Shown here piece by piece: positions 60,693 to 64,000 of a DNA stretch of 64,000 nt. The stretch spans positions 62,001-126,000 of the forward strand of contig OX337231.1 of the NCBI GenBank assembly GCA_946965045.2, given 5' to 3'. Made by a program: the position numbers and the translations under genes. How positions within the stretch are numbered: position 1 is the stretch's first letter; each line of letters begins with the position of its first letter. The DNA is from Epithemia pelagica (taxonomy: Eukaryota; Protista; Bacillariophyta). The notes beneath the pieces were generated by a model. The model ran no database searches. It was not told the DNA's origin and saw nothing but the letters and a program-made list of their open reading frames with translations.

Positions 60693-63600
60693 CTCCCCAC
60701 AGCTCGTTGGTTCAGCCTTGTCATCGCTGGATTCGTAGAGATCTTGAACTTCTCCTCTCCAAAACAATAGGGGCTTGAGTAGAGGCCAAATAGTTGCAAA
60801 TTCCCAATGCTTGCTGAGGATGTCGGCAGGGTTGGTCTTCCCATCCTTCCAATAGAATGCAACGTATTGCGCTGCTATCGCTTCTCGTACCCGGTGATAT
60901 GAAAGGAGATGATGTCTCTTGGACAAGATAGAATGAGGCATTGTTGCGTTAACAACCACAGATCGATTGTCTCCAAACAGATAACTGCGATCCCTGATTG
61001 GTACTCCAAGGTAACAAAGTGAATGCCGTAATTCAGTGATTTGGTCGACTGCTGTCCTTGCTGCCACAAATTCTGATCCATATGTTGCCGTTTCCACAGT
61101 GCTCTGTCGTTTGCTGTACCAATCAATTGGTGTCCCATTCAAGAGATGCAGGATGGCTGTTACAGACTTTCCTGTGATCATGTCGTGCATAAGGTTAGCA
61201 TCAACATAGTGCGTTGTCGTCACATATGGTCCAAGTGGTTCTGGGCAATCATGAGGGATGTATTCCTTGACATCTGAATAGACTGTACGACTCCAATCAA
61301 AGTCTTGACTTGGAATGCTTGAGAAATCGGGCTCTCCGATTCGGAATCTGATTGCACCATCAGAAAGATTGAAAAGGTATCCATAGATGCGTTTAGCTCT
61401 GTTGAGATGTCCCTGTCTTGGAGCTGCGCGGAACCTGGAAAGGGTCATTGTAGCAGTAAAAACATCAAAGCGACCAATTGTAATCACCCACTGAAGCTGT
61501 CCAATCAAGGTCTGGAAGTGCTGTGTACTTTCTTCATCAAGGAGTTCTGTGTCGTCTAATTCCGGGTGATCACCAGCAATGAGAGGGGTTTTAGCCTTCT
61601 TGGGTTTCTCTTTGAAGATACGTTCGAAGGTGTCCATCATTTTGCTAATGTATCGACGTGGATCAGAGACTAGGGTTCCGTCAGGGTCCTTGGTGTACCG
61701 GCATCCCAGGTGATAGTCAATAGGTCCATCTCCCTTAAGCTTGAAGTCGTACTTTTCCTTGAAGACTTTGCAAATGTTTCCAGGGTCAGTAGTTATGATG
61801 GCTAAGTCATCCACATATACGGCGATGTATTCGTAGCAATCCTCTCCAGGTGCTTTTCTCATCCAAATGTCAGGATCTGCCTTGCTTGGTGAAAAACCCA
61901 TATCGGTGAGGACGTCAAAAAGGACATCATGCCATCGTGCGCCTGAAGTTTTGAGACCATAGAGGGCCTTGTAGATGATGAGGATGTGACCTTCTAGCTC
62001 CTTGAACTCGGGTCCTGCCACAATATATAACTTCTCCCCAGTCAATGCTTCAAGATACGCATTCCCAATGTCTGCTCCCCATACTTCTAGATCGTTCAGA
62101 GATCCAAGGAATAAAGCAATTCGTAGGTTGCGAATAGAAACAACTCCAGAGTAGATCGTTTCCACAGGTTCCTTTGTCAAGTGTCCATCTGCAACAAGTC
62201 GTGCCTTGTGCCTACCATCATGTTTCACATCAAAAACGAGATGCACTCGAATCTTTTGATATCCCTCAGGTGCATTTGATACCTTGCCATTTGTGAAGAT
62301 GGCCTTCCCATGGTCCTTGAATGTCTCATATGATTGTATCTGAGACAGTTCCAATTCAGTTGCGTCTTGCCACCTTGTGGTACCATTTTGTTTGTCAAGA
62401 TTGACAGCCTCGGCGTAATCTCGAGGGACTTGGAATCCAAACTTATACTTGACTGATCGACGTACTTGTTTGATCCTTGATTGTTTTGCAGCACGTATCA
62501 GGCGTTTACTCGTCTTGACGTAGCGTTTCAGGTGTTTCCATCCTGGTTCGTTGAGGAGCCCATGCTTCTTTCCATATATGGCAACAGTGATTGGGTCGTC
62601 GTTGGCAATAAGGGAGAGTGGTTCATAGGTTGTCTCCCCAGTTTCCCAATCCACAAGCAAGTTATACTTACTCCCCTTATAATCCGGGTCGGTTGAAGAC
62701 AGTGGGCCTTGATGTGCAATAACATCCCTGAAACGGAACAAATTATCTCCCGAGGTCTGCGCTTGATTGTCCCTCTCAATATACTCCATCAACTGGTTAT
62801 AAGAGATCATTTCATCAACGTCAGAATTTGTCTTGCGGTAGATGTACTTGATGCGTTCTTCTTGCTTGAGTGATTCTTCATTAAGATCTACAACTCGTTT
62901 GACAACGCGTGCTCGATGACGCTCCCCATTTTCTTCAGTGTCGCATAGGAAAGTGCGTCCTATCATGTCTTCGTAATCGATTGTAGGCATTGGTTTGGAT
63001 GGATCTTCACTTTTACTGCGAATGAAGACAGTGTCAGCCTGCTTATCAGTGTCATCTTTCGGAGACGTCTCCCCTGAAGGTCGATCCACACGAAGGTTGG
63101 GTGTAGTGGAAGCGACACGGCGAACAGCGGAACGGTAGAGGATATGGTTGTCAGCAGACAAAATCTTCCATGTAAAAGCATCACCAACGTTGTGAGCAAA
63201 ACCAACCCAATGGCCAAGTTTCTCATCGGTCGAAGAAGGGTAGGGACCAGACGACGGTTCGGAGGGGTCAACACGATAGTAGACATCATCCCAGAAGGGA
63301 AAGAACAGGAGGTGCGAAATGTCGGGAGGGTGACCGGTGAGAGCCTCAATAGGGGTACGTCCAGAGTGTGCATGTGAAGAAGAATGATTCAATAAGTCAC
63401 AGACATATTCAAGGCAAAGTAACCAAACATTGGCCGGGCATCCAGTTGCATTCATGATAGCGTTCGTCATTCGTTTAACGGTCTGATAACGATTCTCGGC
63501 TTTGTTCTGATGCTGGTGGTATGGTTCAGTATCGTACTCCCCGATGAGCAAGGTGCGAAGGATATCCTTAACCTTATGGGAAATGAGAGATGAACCTCCA

Positions 63601-64000
63601 TCACTAATGAGTGTCTCCATAACACCTCGCATGCGTATATTGTCTTGAAGAGTGTTCACAAATTGCTTGGTAGACTTGATACCGTAAATATCAGTGACAA
63701 GAGTATCGCGGCCAACAAAAATTTGAGCCACCTTTCCACCATGATCAACAGCAGGTGTATCAGAAAAGATCGAGTCGGTAGCAACGGGTTCATGACGACG
63801 TGGTAGATTCAGGATAGGGTTGCGTGCCTTGAAATGTTTCTTGAGAGTGTCACAGTCAAAAGTCACATTAGCATGTCGCGTAGTATGCTTGAAAGTATCG
63901 GCAATAACTTCCTCGGATTGCCAACCAAAGAAGGGACGAAATTGTTTCCAATCATGTTCTTCCACATAACGACGATGGACAGATGCATGTTGAAGGGTTG
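60690..64000 (-). CDS. pol: Ty1/Copia (CoDi-like) pol: integrase, RT and RNase H; continues beyond the window
   Basis: Integrase (VATDSIFSD, LISDGG, HQNKAENR), RT (KARLVADGH, ADIGNAYL, YVDD) and RNase H (YVDANL, ETATYGSEF, FGDN, NPADILSK) in Copia order; no stops over more than 1090 codons. Confidence 0.96.
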   Translation of the reverse strand, partial: TLQHASVHRRYVEEHDWKQFRPFFGWQSEEVIADTFKHTTRHANVTFDCDTLKKHFKARNPILNLPRRHEPVATDSIFSDTPAVDHGGKVAQIFVGRDTLVTDIYGIKSTKQFVNTLQDNIRMRGVMETLISDGGSSLISHKVKDILRTLLIGEYDTEPYHQHQNKAENRYQTVKRMTNAIMNATGCPANVWLLCLEYVCDLLNHSSSHAHSGRTPIEALTGHPPDISHLLFFPFWDDVYYRVDPSEPSSGPYPSSTDEKLGHWVGFAHNVGDAFTWKILSADNHILYRSAVRRVASTTPNLRVDRPSGETSPKDDTDKQADTVFIRSKSEDPSKPMPTIDYEDMIGRTFLCDTEENGERHRARVVKRVVDLNEESLKQEERIKYIYRKTNSDVDEMISYNQLMEYIERDNQAQTSGDNLFRFRDVIAHQGPLSSTDPDYKGSKYNLLVDWETGETTYEPLSLIANDDPITVAIYGKKHGLLNEPGWKHLKRYVKTSKRLIRAAKQSRIKQVRRSVKYKFGFQVPRDYAEAVNLDKQNGTTRWQDATELELSQIQSYETFKDHGKAIFTNGKVSNAPEGYQKIRVHLVFDVKHDGRHKARLVADGHLTKEPVETIYSGVVSIRNLRIALFLGSLNDLEVWGADIGNAYLEALTGEKLYIVAGPEFKELEGHILIIYKALYGLKTSGARWHDVLFDVLTDMGFSPSKADPDIWMRKAPGEDCYEYIAVYVDDLAIITTDPGNICKVFKEKYDFKLKGDGPIDYHLGCRYTKDPDGTLVSDPRRYISKMMDTFERIFKEKPKKAKTPLIAGDHPELDDTELLDEESTQHFQTLIGQLQWVITIGRFDVFTATMTLSRFRAAPRQGHLNRAKRIYGYLFNLSDGAIRFRIGEPDFSSIPSQDFDWSRTVYSDVKEYIPHDCPEPLGPYVTTTHYVDANLMHDMITGKSVTAILHLLNGTPIDWYSKRQSTVETATYGSEFVAARTAVDQITELRHSLCYLGVPIRDRSYLFGDNRSVVVNATMPHSILSKRHHLLSYHRVREAIAAQYVAFYWKDGKTNPADILSKHWEFATIWPLLKPLLFWRGEVQDLYESSDDKAEPTSCGE

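Overview
Eukaryotic genomic DNA, most likely from a diatom (inferred from short GT-AG introns, CoDi-like Ty1/Copia elements and heliorhodopsins). The first 13 kb hold the 3' end of a Copia pol and four host genes: a secreted endonuclease-I-like protein with apparently degenerate catalytic residues, a CELF/Bruno-like RRM protein, and two tandem heliorhodopsins. 16-33.5 kb is a recent, approximately 6.01 kb triple tandem repeat carrying the 5' part of a large DDE transposase. Only the third copy continues into the rest of the gene. The reconstructed protein (about 1190 aa; one in-frame TGA, two frameshifts) shows the RAG1/Transib-type motifs in the same order and lies tail-to-tail with an uncharacterised partner gene. 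Further right are nested TIR elements (37-42 kb), a secreted EF-hand protein, and a four-ORF Harbinger/ISL2EU-like unit bracketed by direct 11-bp arrays. These are followed by a rearranged segmental duplication and a second Copia whose LTR ends in TA...TA. All family assignments come from motifs read by eye; no database searches were run.
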